DNA of 64,000 bases from an uncultured Bilophila sp. (GCF_902373525.1 NZ_CABKMN010000005.1); one strand, 5' to 3'. Counted from the first letter of the stretch, positions 19,335 to 29,300 are shown. The notes: generated from the sequence alone by a model not told the origin. Translations and numbers: made by a program.

Positions 19335-20912
19335 CTATCGTTTTTCCGCCGGCGGCACGGGACGCTGCGGATGGACCCGAATCTGATCGATACGCAGCCC
19401 GTCCAGAGAAACCACGGTCCACAGGCGGCCCCAGAAGAAAAGGCTCTCGCCCGCCGTGGGGATGTGTCCCAGACGTTCCAGCAGCAGACCCGCCATCGTG
19501 GCGCAGCTCAGTTCCTCTTCCGGCTGGATGCCCAGACTGTGCAGCCCCTCGTCGACGGCCATGCGGCCCGGCAGCAGCCACGAACCATCGGCCTGCCGGA
19601 ACGCCTCCGGTTCGGACGCCACCTCGCCCATGTGCCCGGCGATGGCCGACAGGATGTCCATGGGCGTGACGACGCCCACGGCGCTGCCGTACTCGTCCAG
19701 CACGATGCCCATAGGGGCCGGACGCTGCCGGAAGGCGTCCAGCACGTCGGGAAGGCCGGTGTGCTCAAACACCATCGGCACCGGAACTACGGACGCCTCA
19801 AGGGAAAAACGTCCCGTCTTCTGGTAGCGCCACAAAAGCTCGCGCAGGTCCACGACGCCGAGCACTTCGTCGGTATCCCCGCGCATCACCGGCAGAAACG
19901 CCTGTTTCGACGCGCCCGCCACGGCAAGGAGACGCTCCGGCGTGTCGGAGCTGTCGAGCCACTGCACCTTGTGCCGAGGCGTCATGATGTACCGGACGGT
20001 CCTGCCGCCGAAACGGATGACGCGGGCGACGATGGCCCGCTCCTCCGGCCCGAACACCTTGTCGCGCTTGTCGTCGTAGCTCAGTGCGGCCATATCCCGT
20101 TCCGTCTCCCCACCGGGCACGGGCACGCCGCCGAGCAGTTCCAGCACCGCCCGCGCCGCCGATTCGCGCAGGCCGCGCGTGGTGATCCGGTTCCGGCGGT
20201 TGCGCAGCGCCAACTGGTTGAACGCCTCCACGACGATGGAAAAACCGATGGCGGCGTAGAGATAGCCTTTGGGGATATGGTAGCCGAGGCCCTCCAGAAT
20301 CAGGCTCAGGCCGATCATAAGCAGGAAGCCGAGGCACAGGATGATGACCGTGGGGTGCCTGTCCACGAACCGCGTCAGGGGCCGGGACGCCAGCAGCATC
20401 ACCAACACGGCGAACACCACGGCGATCATCATGATGGACAGTTCCTTGACCATGCCCACGGAGGTGATGACCGAATCCAGCGAGAAAATGGCGTCCAGCA
20501 CGACGATCTGGGTGATGACCTGCCAGAACACAGCCTGATGCGCGGGCTTGTCCTCGGCGGGCTGGAACCCTTCCAGCCGTTCGTGCAGCTCCATCGTCCC
20601 CTTTAATAAAAGGAAGAAGCCGCCCACGAACAGGATCACGTCCCGCGCGGTAAAGGCGTGCCCGAACACCGTGAACCACGGAGCCGTCAGCCCCACCAGC
20701 CACGCCACCGTGGACAGCAGGACCAACCGCATGATCAGCGCAAGCGAAAGGCCGACGGTGAAGGCATGCCTGCGCTTGGCCTCCGGCAGCCGGGACGAGA
20801 GAATGGAAATGAAAACGAGGTTGTCGATGCCGAGCACGACTTCAAGCAACACGAGAGTGCCCAGCCCGCCCCATGCGGTCGGCTCAGTCACCCATGCAAA
20901 ATCAAGAAACAT
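19335..20912 (-). CDS. TerC-family integral membrane protein with CBS pair and CorC/HlyC C-terminal domain (YoaE/YegH-like)
   Basis: GGAGG RBS then ATG at 20912 (MFLDFAWVTEPTAWGGLGTLVLLEVVLGIDNLVFISIL is the TerC signature). Followed by CBS domains and a transporter-associated domain (MAVDEGLHSLGIQPEEE...IDQIRVHP). Confidence 0.85.
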   Translation of the reverse strand: MFLDFAWVTEPTAWGGLGTLVLLEVVLGIDNLVFISILSSRLPEAKRRHAFTVGLSLALIMRLVLLSTVAWLVGLTAPWFTVFGHAFTARDVILFVGGFFLLLKGTMELHERLEGFQPAEDKPAHQAVFWQVITQIVVLDAIFSLDSVITSVGMVKELSIMMIAVVFAVLVMLLASRPLTRFVDRHPTVIILCLGFLLMIGLSLILEGLGYHIPKGYLYAAIGFSIVVEAFNQLALRNRRNRITTRGLRESAARAVLELLGGVPVPGGETERDMAALSYDDKRDKVFGPEERAIVARVIRFGGRTVRYIMTPRHKVQWLDSSDTPERLLAVAGASKQAFLPVMRGDTDEVLGVVDLRELLWRYQKTGRFSLEASVVPVPMVFEHTGLPDVLDAFRQRPAPMGIVLDEYGSAVGVVTPMDILSAIAGHMGEVASEPEAFRQADGSWLLPGRMAVDEGLHSLGIQPEEELSCATMAGLLLERLGHIPTAGESLFFWGRLWTVVSLDGLRIDQIRVHPQRPVPPAEKR

Positions 20913-21648
20913 ACACGCTCCTTCCTCCGAAGATACGGAGGAGTGCCATTGTGGTTTGAACAAACGACGCCGTACATGATTTCACGGGGAAGCGTTCAAA
21001 CCGGCGGGGAGCGCGGGCAGGAAGCGATGGGCGCGGGCGAAGGCGGAGGCATCTCCGACACGCCGCCTACGGCGCGGGACCGGAACGACGGGTGGGGAAG
21101 TTCGATACCGGACAGCAGAACGGGCGCGTTTCCGGCGTACCCCCGTTCTGGTCGGGGGCTGAGATACGTTTTCCGTTTCTCAATCCGGTGCCCCCTCCCC
21201 TGCTCCACGGGGCACCAGGCGGAAGCGCGCTCGTCGAGACGGTGCGCGAACACCGTGCAACCAGACGCCGTTTCCCTATCAAAAGAAACGTCGAAATACG
21301 GATGCCAAGGGGAGGAAAGGGAGACGTTCGGAAAGAAAAGCGATCCGCAGCCCGTCAGCAACAGGCCGAGAAGGACACAGACAAGATTTTTTCGTAGGGG
21401 AGGTACGTCCACAGTGTCGTATTGTGCATTGCCCGCCCCACCGGTGTCAAGCGGGAGGCCCGCCAGCCGCGCCGCTCCCTCCACAAATCGCTCTCCTGCG
21501 GCTTCACTCCGCGGGAACATGCCGGACCAGCTTCCTCGCCAGTCTTTCCAAGGCAAAACACCGCCCATTCGTTGGATATGCAATAAACTGTATTTGCAGA
21601 TAAAAAAAGAAATGTGGAAAAATATACGCGAAACGGTGATTTTTTTTG

Positions 21649-21677
21649 TTGACAGTCGGTGGGCTTTTTACTAAACA
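21649..21677 (+). promoter_or_regulatory. Candidate sigma70 promoter for the tRNA-Gln/tRNA-Glu operon
   Basis: TTGACA (21649-21654), 17-nt spacer, TAAACA (21672-21677), ~14 nt upstream of the tRNA-Gln 5' end. AT-rich UP-like tract upstream. Confidence 0.4.
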
Positions 21678-21690
21678 GTTTTTCGCGCGT

Positions 21691-21765
21691 TGGGCTATCG
21701 TTCAATTGGCAGGACGACGGATTCTGGTCCCGTTAATCGTGGTTCAAGTCCACGTAGCCCAGCCA
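21691..21765 (+). tRNA. tRNA-Gln (anticodon CTG)
   Basis: 75 nt folded by hand. Acceptor TGGGCTA/TAGCCCA with U1:A72 as in bacterial tRNA-Gln. D-arm GTTC/GGAC. Anticodon loop TTCTGGT. T-arm CGTGG-TTCAAGT-CCACG. Discriminator G plus CCA. Confidence 0.8.
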
Positions 21766-21779
21766 ACACGCACTCAGAC

Positions 21780-21856
21780 GTCCCCATCGTCTAGCCGGCC
21801 CAGGACAGCGGCCTTTCACGCCGTCAACAGCGGTTCAAATCCGCTTGGGGACGCCA
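21780..21856 (+). tRNA. tRNA-Glu (anticodon TTC)
   Basis: GTCCCCATCGTCTAGCCGGCCCAGGACAGCGGCCTTTCACGCCGTCAACAGCGGTTCAAATCCGCTTGGGGACGCCA is near-identical in architecture to E. coli tRNA-Glu. Anticodon loop CTTTCAC. Encoded CCA. Confidence 0.9.
21809..21856 (+). repeat. attL core, 3' 48 nt of tRNA-Glu
   Basis: CGGCCTTTCACGCCGTCAACAGCGGTTCAAATCCGCTTGGGGACGCCA, repeated at 33662-33709. Confidence 0.75.
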
Positions 21857-21865
21857 AGAAAAATC

Positions 21866-21897
21866 AAGCACTTACATGAAATGTAAGTGCTTTTTTC
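21866..21897 (+). terminator. Rho-independent terminator just inside the island, terminating the tRNA operon
   Basis: AAGCACTTACAT-gaa-ATGTAAGTGCTT perfect 12-bp hairpin followed by TTTTTCG. Confidence 0.6.
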
Positions 21898-21900
21898 GTA

Positions 21901-21934
21901 TGTGGGGCAAATTTGCCCCACGCTCTGCCCCATA
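21901..21934. promoter_or_regulatory. Putative integrase arm-type binding sites, left end
   Basis: TGTGGGGCA (inverted), TTGCCCCAC and CTGCCCCAT within 34 nt. The same TGCCCCAC motif is repeated at the right end. Confidence 0.4.
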
Positions 21935-21995
21935 GATTCTGACGATTTGAATAACTAACCAAAACAGTATAAGAAATTATTAAGTGAGGGTTGAG

Positions 21996-22808
21996 ATGGT
22001 TACGATATCGGAATTTGCTCAAGATATTATCACAAAACAATACAAAAATCTTGTCCAAGCAAAGAGGCCTGAATATCTCTCTGTATGGCCACTCATCCAT
22101 GGTTATGTCTTAGTCTTTTACACATTTAATGACTGGATAATTCTTTCATTAAAAAATAACTCACCTAATTTTTTTAATACAAGCGGCGGCTCAGCTTTAC
22201 CACAATCAATTATCGGATTTTCAGAAATAACCTCCCAGAATATTAATGTAGTAAGAGAAAATATAAAAAAATATGCTGGAATTGATCGTGATGGGGGTGT
22301 TATAATTTTCAATAACGATGGCAGAGACGTAAATTTCACAGAAGAACTAGACCTTCTTTTAAAACAGCATGATATGATGTTTGGATTGAGGCCAATGAAA
22401 ATATTTTTAAGTCACAAGTCTGAAGATAAAGTCAATATAGTTAGAGATTACAAGCAAACGCTCCAGCTGCTCGGTTTTGACCCTTGGATTGATGAAGATG
22501 CAATGGTCGCCGGAACTAAGCTAGAGCGTGGTATTCTGCAAGGTTTTCAAGATTCTTGTGCTGTGGTTTTCTTTATCACTGAAAATTTTAAGGATGAAGA
22601 TTTTTTAGCAACTGAAATTGATTACGCTCTCAACCGGACTAGAGAAGATAAAAATTTTGCAATTATCACAATTGTTTTGGACAGTGGTTTAACGGTTCCA
22701 GATTTGCTGCGCCCATATGTTTGGAAAAATGTGGATAGCCAGTTAGAAGGACTGCGCGAAATATTGAAAGCACTTCCTATCTCGGTCGGACCAGTTTATA
22801 TGAAGTGA
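21996..22808 (+). CDS. TIR-domain protein with uncharacterised ~135-aa N-terminal domain (candidate antiphage/NADase effector)
   Basis: GTGAGGG RBS then ATG at 21996. 270 aa. C-terminal ~130 aa is a bacterial TIR domain (KIFLSHKSEDKVNIVRDYKQTLQLLGFDPWIDEDAM...AVVFFITENFKDEDFLATEIDYAL). The FLSHKSED beta-A motif and conserved Glu in FITENF match TIR NADase motifs. The N-terminal half has no recognisable family. Codon usage is AT-rich, unlike the host. Confidence 0.75.
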   Translation: MVTISEFAQDIITKQYKNLVQAKRPEYLSVWPLIHGYVLVFYTFNDWIILSLKNNSPNFFNTSGGSALPQSIIGFSEITSQNINVVRENIKKYAGIDRDGGVIIFNNDGRDVNFTEELDLLLKQHDMMFGLRPMKIFLSHKSEDKVNIVRDYKQTLQLLGFDPWIDEDAMVAGTKLERGILQGFQDSCAVVFFITENFKDEDFLATEIDYALNRTREDKNFAIITIVLDSGLTVPDLLRPYVWKNVDSQLEGLREILKALPISVGPVYMK

Positions 22809-22937
22809 CGATTCCGAGTAATTGTTTTTTTGAGGAGGTGCTTCAAAACACCTTTATTCTTTGCTGGCCTGCCGTTCCGATGAAAAAGAAGGAGGAAAAT
22901 ATGTATTTTAAAATGATGAACAGTAAATGATTTCTAT

Positions 22938-23084
22938 TTAAAATAGAAGATATATTCCGTATATAATACTTAAAATTGATAGAACTGCAACAAATAAATC
23001 AACAAAAGGCTTAACTGCTCCTTGTAGTTTTAGTATGCTTGGAAATACAAATATACCAAGAAATAGAAAAATGAATGCTTTCAT
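22938..23084 (-). CDS. Tiny hydrophobic peptide (48 aa, 2 predicted TM helices), hypothetical
   Basis: GAGGA RBS 8 nt before the ATG. MKAFIFLFLGIFVFPSILKLQGAVKPFVDLFVAVLSILSIIYGIYLLF*. Below the 60-aa cutoff of the ORF track. Convergent with the TIR gene, separated by palindrome TTCTATTTAAAATAGAA. Confidence 0.35.
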   Translation of the reverse strand: MKAFIFLFLGIFVFPSILKLQGAVKPFVDLFVAVLSILSIIYGIYLLF

Positions 23085-23376
23085 GTGACTTGTCCTCATC
23101 TTTTTATGACGCTAATTTTATCATCGAGCAATGGTTCGCCTGGGGAATTATGGTTATAAACATCATAATATACAGCTTCATATGTATTTTTACCTAGAGT
23201 TTCGGGAAGAACATGTAGCATAATGGGTAGCACACTTCTTAAATCTCCACTTGATCCTATGCTATGTATAAAGACTTTCCATACTTGATTTCCTAATTTT
23301 ATATCTTCATTTTTTTATTTAATCCATATGCAGTCATTCCTATATGTCGTTCGTAGTCAGTATATGTTCGCACATT

Positions 23377-23826
23377 CTACTGGTATCCAACAATTCCGTA
23401 TCTAGGCATTGGATAAGTTTGAGTATTATATGTACCATATATATTATTTTTATCAAGCGTCGAATTGCTATTCCCATAAGTATATGAACTACACCCAGTA
23501 ATGCCAGTTACGGGAGTATTATATGTTTCAATGTGCTCTTTGGGTTCGCTTATTCCATAGCCTACCATTACAATATAGTCAGCATTGTATAAATTTTCAG
23601 TTACTATCATATTTTTATTTTCAAAATATGGTTTTAATAATAGGCAAACCTCTTTAAATTGCAAATCATTAATATTTACCCCCTTGTCTAAAGGAAAAAA
23701 ATAATAATTTTTATTTTCCATGGTATAATTATCTACTGCAGATATTGCATCAACACCAACACTGTATTTTGTGCTTGCACATCCTGACAAAAAAATAAAA
23801 AGAACAAAAATAAAATAACGAATCAT
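23377..23826 (-). CDS. Lipoprotein, hypothetical
   Basis: AAAGGAG RBS then ATG at 23826. Signal peptide plus lipobox MIRYFIFVLFIFLSGC. 149-aa Tyr/Asn/Gly-rich mature protein. AT-rich foreign codon usage. Confidence 0.6.
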   Translation of the reverse strand: MIRYFIFVLFIFLSGCASTKYSVGVDAISAVDNYTMENKNYYFFPLDKGVNINDLQFKEVCLLLKPYFENKNMIVTENLYNADYIVMVGYGISEPKEHIETYNTPVTGITGCSSYTYGNSNSTLDKNNIYGTYNTQTYPMPRYGIVGYQ

Positions 23827-24112
23827 ATGTTCTCCTTTTTTGATCAGTATCCAAGCCTGTGAGAATCTGAATAATTTTTTCAAGATTTCACATGTAGTTG
23901 AAACGGGTGAACAGGGAGCAATCGCGGCGTTCCGACCATATCTTCTACGGGCTCGCGACCGTCATCCAATGGTGATGGGATATGCCCTCACCAAAAACTG
24001 TACTTTGAGGGAAAGAGGGGCAAAGGGAAAATTTGTTGTCCAGGGAGGTTTGACAGGGACTATTTTTTTACCTAAAAGAGAAAAAATGAATTTCCCCAAA
24101 AAGTACACCTTG

Positions 24113-24727
24113 TTAGACAATATCAACACGGCCTTCCCGAAGGTTTCTGGCTTTTCGGTAAAAGGTGCTTGATGGCATCTTGCATCTTCTGGCGGCCTCC
24201 AAGCCGGAGATGCGGCCATTGAGCCAGAGGTCGCAATTTTCCAGAAAGTTGTCCGGCAAGGGTTTGACCTCACGACCAAAACGCACGCCACGTTGTTTGG
24301 CTGCGGCAATACCTTGGGCTTGCCTGTTGCGGATGTTCTCGCGTTCGTTCTGAGCCACGAAGGAAAGCACCTGCAAGACAAGATCGGCGATGAACGTGCC
24401 GAGCAGGTTTTTGTCGCGTCTGGTGTCGAGCAGGGGCATGTCCAGGACGAGGATATCCACGCGCTTTTCCTTGGTCAGCACGCGCCACTGTTCCAGAATT
24501 TCCTCATAGTTTCTGCCAAGTCGGTCAATGCTGGTGACGCAGAGCAGATCCCCCGGCCTGACTTTTTTGAGCATGGCCTGATACTGCGGGCGCTGGAAAT
24601 CTTTGCCCGACATTTTATCCATGAAAATGTGACCTGGCGGTATGCCCTGCTGCTCAAGAGCGATGCGCTGACGGCTCTCGTTCTGATCGGTGCTGGATAC
24701 GCGGATGTATCCGTACGTTTCTGCCAT
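24113..24727 (-). CDS. Serine recombinase (resolvase/invertase family)
   Basis: AAGGAG RBS then ATG at 24727. MAETYGYIRVSSTDQNESRQ catalytic-Ser motif. DRLGRN. C-terminal HTH. 204 aa, comparable to Hin/Gin/TnpR. Confidence 0.85.
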   Translation of the reverse strand: MAETYGYIRVSSTDQNESRQRIALEQQGIPPGHIFMDKMSGKDFQRPQYQAMLKKVRPGDLLCVTSIDRLGRNYEEILEQWRVLTKEKRVDILVLDMPLLDTRRDKNLLGTFIADLVLQVLSFVAQNERENIRNRQAQGIAAAKQRGVRFGREVKPLPDNFLENCDLWLNGRISGLEAARRCKMPSSTFYRKARNLREGRVDIV

Positions 24728-24755
24728 GGCGTTTTCTCCTTTCATTAGATTCTTT

Positions 24756-25121
24756 TCACAGTTCATTATTCGCGGCATCTGACGGTGTATCCGCAGCAAT
24801 AAGTTGTTGTGCTGTTTGTGTTTCGCAGGCGGGCGGGGGCGTGTCTCTCTTTTGCGTTTTCCGGTCTTCCCGCTGTCGTCTGGCCTCGGTCAGATATTTA
24901 GTCAGGGTTTGGGCCTTTATCTCAATCCCTTTCTCATGCAGCTTTTCGACAATCTCCTGAGTATCAAAGCCGCGCTTTTTCATCCGCTCCAGCGTTGGGG
25001 CAAGGGAGAAAATGGCCTCCTTGATGGTCATGGGCCTGTGTCCATCCAGTGTAACGGTGGCGGGCTTGAGTTTGGCGAACTCCTGTCGGATTTCCTTCAG
25101 TTGGCTGGCTGTGATGGTCAT
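24756..25121 (-). CDS. Hypothetical protein downstream of mob (possible DNA-binding relaxosome/partition accessory)
   Basis: ATAGGAGA RBS then ATG at 25121 (MTITASQLKEIRQEFAKLKPATV...). 121 aa, charged helical C-terminal half. No confident family assignment. Confidence 0.45.
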   Translation of the reverse strand: MTITASQLKEIRQEFAKLKPATVTLDGHRPMTIKEAIFSLAPTLERMKKRGFDTQEIVEKLHEKGIEIKAQTLTKYLTEARRQREDRKTQKRDTPPPACETQTAQQLIAADTPSDAANNEL

Positions 25122-25268
25122 GGTGGTTTCTCCTATGGATGATGGGGGCATGTTCCCGGTTTTGTCTTTTGCCTTTGGCGGTCAAGCGGTACGCTTGCCC
25201 ACTGGTTTTCGTTAGAAAACCATAGTGAACTATATCTTCGGCCTGTGCGAAGATTTCCCCCCGACGCC

Positions 25269-26455
25269 TTACCTCATTCTCATGCCACGGGCGAAATGCG
25301 CCTGCCGACGCTCCCTATCCCGCGCCTCCTGCTCCTGCCGCTGCCGTTCCTCTTCCTGCTGCCGTTGGAGCTGTTCGGCACGCTTGCGCTCCACGAACTC
25401 GATATGCAGCGGCCGGATTTCCGGCAGAAGCAAAAACTCCCGATAGCCTGCCATGATTCTCTTCATTTTCTTTAGCTGAGATTCCAGCTCTTCTTTTTCC
25501 TCATGACTCTGTTTCTTGTGGGCCGTGTATTCCGCTTCAAGCCGCATCAGTTTTCCGCGAAGGGTATCCACTTCCCGTTGCAGTGTTTCTTCCCGCTGCT
25601 GGACAAGGTGTTTGACGGCAAGCGCCTTTTTCAGTTCGTCAATGAGGGAAGAGGCTTTTTTCAGCACGGACGGATAATTGAGAAAAGAGGCTTTCGGTAG
25701 ATCGGTCTCCTCCCGAAGTACCTTTTCCGCTTCCTCAGCCTGCCGTTCATACTCTTCAATGCTCTTTCTCAACTCTTCTTCACGCTGTTCCAATACGTTG
25801 ATAAGCTGCCGTGAATTTTGTGCGGTCTCTTCGGACTCCTGAATCAGTTTCTCCAATGCTTCCTGTTGCTGCTCGAACTCGCGGATATCCAGATGCTTTT
25901 TCGCTGAGCCAAGCGTCTGTTCCACGCCGCGTTCAATAGTGAAGCCCCGGCTTTGCAGATGGGCGGGAAGCCCGGCTTGCAGTTTTCGCAGACTCTGACG
26001 GGTATAGATTTTGTTGGCGTTGAGCCTCCCGTCCGGCGTCACCGGCACATGAAGGAAGTGCATGTGCGGCGTCTTTTCATCCATGTGAACCATTGCGGAA
26101 ATGACATTCTCCGCGCCCACAAATTCCGTGAGAAAGGCTTGCTCTCCTCAAAGAAACGCCTTGTTTCCTCCGGCGTGAGGCCATCAAAAAACGCCTTGTC
26201 CGAGGTGACGATAAGCCCGCACATACGCACGGCGTCCTTTCTTACAGCCTTGACCAGCAGGAGGTCGTCAATACGATTCTGAATGACCTCGGCATAGTTC
26301 GACGAGGCGGATTCGTGCAGCTCGTAGTTCGCCGCGCTTCTGTCGTAGTCAATATCGGGGTTGCTGTGGCTCTCCCGCTCCCGCCGGTTGTGGCTCTGGA
26401 TGCCGCGTATGGCTTCCTTCTTGAATTTGTCCATATGGAGTACGAGATAGGACAT
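25269..26455 (-). pseudogene. mob: MobV-family relaxase (Mob_Pre), frameshifted
   Basis: The N-terminal ORF 26039-26455 (MSYLVLHMDKFKKEAIRGIQSHNRRERESHSNPDID...FFEESKPF) and C-terminal ORF 25269-26120 (...ENVISAMVHMDEKTPHMHFLHVPV, then a long coiled-coil) are the two halves of a Mob_Pre relaxase. They are in different frames. Continuity (FFEESKPF|LTEFVGAENVISAMVHMDE) needs a 1-nt indel near 26130-26145. Confidence 0.75.
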
Positions 26456-26481
26456 GGCTTTTCCCTTTGTTCATTTTCAGC

Positions 26482-26618
26482 GGTGACAACGGTGACAGTG
26501 GTGACAATCGAGCAATGGCAATGCTTTTCGGCTGTCACCACTCAAATATGCAATGGTGACAGTGGTGACAGGCGTAAACCCTTGCGGCTGTAGGTTTGTC
26601 ACCATTGTCACCACTCAA
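26482..26618. repeat. Iteron array (GGTGACA heptamers, direct and inverted); candidate oriV/oriT
   Basis: GGTGACA at 26482, 26491, 26500 (9-bp phasing), 26554 and 26563. Inverted TGTCACC at 26533 and 26597. 12-bp GTCACCACTCAA repeated at 26534 and 26607. Lies between the primase-helicase stop and the mob start. Confidence 0.6.
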
Positions 26619-29245
26619 TCAGGCAAGGCAGGAGCAGTTTCTTCATCCGGGTCATCAGACAAACAAACAATGTAGACACGCACGCGCCCTAGACCAGGAA
26701 GTCTTTCCTGATGCTTCAGTCTGTTTTTAGAAGGAGTGCGTAACCATCCAGCTTCACGCAGAACACGCACAGCCCTTGCCTCTGCGTATCCCCTGACGAC
26801 TTCGGCTCGAAAACTTTCCGGCAGAATCAGATACTCGGTCGTGCCGTTGCGAGTGCGCTGAAATCCCACCCGGTTGATGCAGGTGGACATTTGCGTATCC
26901 AAATCCTGAAAGCGGCTTGCGCCGTGCTGTTCGATGAACAGCCGTACCGTGGAAAGGATGGCGGCATCCTCGGAAGCTCCGGTACCGCCTCTTGCCGTGA
27001 GCCAGTCCCGGAAGCAGATTTCGATGCAGTTCAATACGTCCAGCTTTTCGGGAAGGAGGCCCAGCCGCAGGGCCAGCATTCCGGCCATGCCGCACAGGGC
27101 GAAGCGCATGGCCACACGTCGTACCTGTCCGTCAGCGCCTTCGGGGACAAGATGCCTGACGGCATCGGCCATTGCCGGGCCGATTTCCGCCCGGACGGCG
27201 TTCAGGGTTTCGATCTTCGTCAGCTTTTGCAGAAAATCATGCCCCGCATGGCCATAATGTTCGGAAGCAAGTTGTTTGATGCGATTGGCCACGGCTCCGG
27301 CATCGGGAAGGCCATGCAGGCTGGCGAGCATGGACGAGTCCACAGGCAGCCCCACGAAACGTACTTCCTGTCCGCCCCTGGATTTCAGACCGTTCTCGGC
27401 CAGCTTGTCGGAAAGCCCCAGTTCGCCGCTGGAGAGAAAGAGCAGACGCCAGTTCTGGGAACGGCGAATTCCGCCTTCACGGTTCGAGCGGCCTTTGCCC
27501 TGTCCGTTGGCCAGCATGTAGGCGCATTCGGCAAGAACTCGTCCGTTGACCTGCCCCATTTCATCCAGAATCAGCACATTGTCGCTGTGCAGGGCGGCGA
27601 TGCCTTCAAGCCCGTTGTCCGTAGCCCGCCAGCTTCGGACATGCTCAGGACCGCCCCAGACGGAGGCGGCGATCTGCAATGCCGTGGTCTTACCGGAGGA
27701 TGAGCCTCCCTCAAAGCTGAAGCCGCCGCCTTCCAGACCGGCCGGGCGAAGCAAAGGCCCGGCGAAGGCCGCGCATAACGCGAAACTGAGACGGGAGTTG
27801 CCGACGCACAATTCCGCTATCTCCCGCCAGCCTTCCATCGTTCCAGATGTACGGTACAAGCCGCCATACTGTGAAGATTGCAGCACGGTGTCTTCTTCTG
27901 TTACGCCGTAAACGGTATCGGGAAGCACGTAGACGGATTCATGCAAGCCCGTGCGCAAAACACAGCGTATCCGTCGGAGGGGCCGGCCCGCGGACAGAAA
28001 TGTCGCCAGCTTCGACCGGGTGGACGGATTGCCGAACCACCCGCCGGAGGCCAGTATGCTGTACCAGTCGTTTCCCTGCCGGAACAGCATTTCCACGGGC
28101 ATGGCCCATGCGTACTTGTTGCCGTCCGGGTCAATCCATTCCAGCATCAGGCCCCATTCGTTGCCGTCAGCTCCCCGCGTCATGCCTTTGACCAGAAGCG
28201 GAGGACCAAGCCGGATTTCCTGACTGTCTCCGTCCGATCTGGTCTCCAGCTTGTACAGCCCGGCGCGTCTGCCTTCCTTCACCAGAAAAAAGCCTTCCGG
28301 CATGGGGCAGTCGTCATCTCGCTTTCGCGCTTCTTCCACAACGGCCCGGACGGCTTCAAGGGAACGCAGCCGGTGCAGGTCGTTGAAGTCCGTCGCTTTG
28401 CCTTCATGAACCGGGCAGACGGCCAGCTTGCCGCCCACGGCCTGAGCCGCCAGAGAGGCCATCTTCTTGCCGGGATTCCCTTGTGTCTCCATGTCGTTAT
28501 CGGCACAGAGGATGATTTCACGCTTTGCATATCTCTCTCTGGCCATGACGGCCACGGCTTTCAGATTCCCGGCATTGAAGGCCACAAGACAGACATAACC
28601 GGTCGCCAGATGAAGACTGGTCGCTGTGGCATACCCCTCGGCGATCAGCAGGGGACCGTCTTTCTTCCCGTCTCCGGCGGAAAGGGAAAAGAAGCCTCCC
28701 GCCGTACGTCCTCCCTTGAGAAAGAACTTGTCCGTACCCTCGGCAGTTTGTTCCGGCAGGATGAATTGCAGACTTTGTATCCTGCCGGACTGGTTCAGAA
28801 CAGGGATAATCAGACGCCCGTCTTTTGTCCGGCGCAATCCGATGGCCGGGACTTCCTTCCGCTGTAGATAGGGATGCCCGTCATCAGCGGGCAGGGCATG
28901 ATTCCAGATGCTCGCGGCCAGCTTTGCGGCCGCCTGCCAACGATGCTCCTGTTTGGCGTCATTATATGCTTTGATAGCCCTGATGCGTTCACGCAGAGCA
29001 TCCCGCTCGGCGGCAGTCAGTTCCTTCTCAGGTTTGTATGTCCACGTTCCTTCGTCACCCGTGCACCAGTTCTTCCACCAAAGCGAGGCGGGTACATCAG
29101 GAAACGCCTTGTACGCCCCGTCCCTGCGATACGGTCTGCCTTCCGTGCCGCAACGGTGCAGGCTCCCGTCCATTTCCACCTGCTCGACAATCAGCCCGGC
29201 TGCCCGGAGCTGTTCGGCAAAGGCCCGCTGAATATCCGCGCTCAT
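26615..29245 (-). CDS. Plasmid/phage-type DNA primase-helicase (N-terminal primase region, Toprim domain, DUF927/SF3 helicase)
   Basis: 876 aa. Toprim motif [13 protein letters not shown]...ILCADND. Walker [10 protein letters not shown] and Walker B VLILDE of a P4-alpha/DUF927-type SF3 helicase. Typical replication module of integrative elements. Confidence 0.85.
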   Translation of the reverse strand: MSADIQRAFAEQLRAAGLIVEQVEMDGSLHRCGTEGRPYRRDGAYKAFPDVPASLWWKNWCTGDEGTWTYKPEKELTAAERDALRERIRAIKAYNDAKQEHRWQAAAKLAASIWNHALPADDGHPYLQRKEVPAIGLRRTKDGRLIIPVLNQSGRIQSLQFILPEQTAEGTDKFFLKGGRTAGGFFSLSAGDGKKDGPLLIAEGYATATSLHLATGYVCLVAFNAGNLKAVAVMARERYAKREIILCADNDMETQGNPGKKMASLAAQAVGGKLAVCPVHEGKATDFNDLHRLRSLEAVRAVVEEARKRDDDCPMPEGFFLVKEGRRAGLYKLETRSDGDSQEIRLGPPLLVKGMTRGADGNEWGLMLEWIDPDGNKYAWAMPVEMLFRQGNDWYSILASGGWFGNPSTRSKLATFLSAGRPLRRIRCVLRTGLHESVYVLPDTVYGVTEEDTVLQSSQYGGLYRTSGTMEGWREIAELCVGNSRLSFALCAAFAGPLLRPAGLEGGGFSFEGGSSSGKTTALQIAASVWGGPEHVRSWRATDNGLEGIAALHSDNVLILDEMGQVNGRVLAECAYMLANGQGKGRSNREGGIRRSQNWRLLFLSSGELGLSDKLAENGLKSRGGQEVRFVGLPVDSSMLASLHGLPDAGAVANRIKQLASEHYGHAGHDFLQKLTKIETLNAVRAEIGPAMADAVRHLVPEGADGQVRRVAMRFALCGMAGMLALRLGLLPEKLDVLNCIEICFRDWLTARGGTGASEDAAILSTVRLFIEQHGASRFQDLDTQMSTCINRVGFQRTRNGTTEYLILPESFRAEVVRGYAEARAVRVLREAGWLRTPSKNRLKHQERLPGLGRVRVYIVCLSDDPDEETAPALPD

Positions 29246-29300
29246 GTTTCGCCTCCGGGATGGGCAGGCAGAAACTGCCTACTATGAAAAAGACGGGGAT

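Noticed and set aside
19371-20703. ORFs 19371-20606(+) and 19798-20703(-) inside the TerC gene region
   Set aside because: Alternative frames of a well-supported TerC-CBS-CorC gene
26470-26620. Possible CRISPR array (short repeated GGTGACA units)
   Set aside because: Units are 7 nt with 2-nt spacers and mixed orientation. This is not CRISPR geometry. Interpreted as iterons
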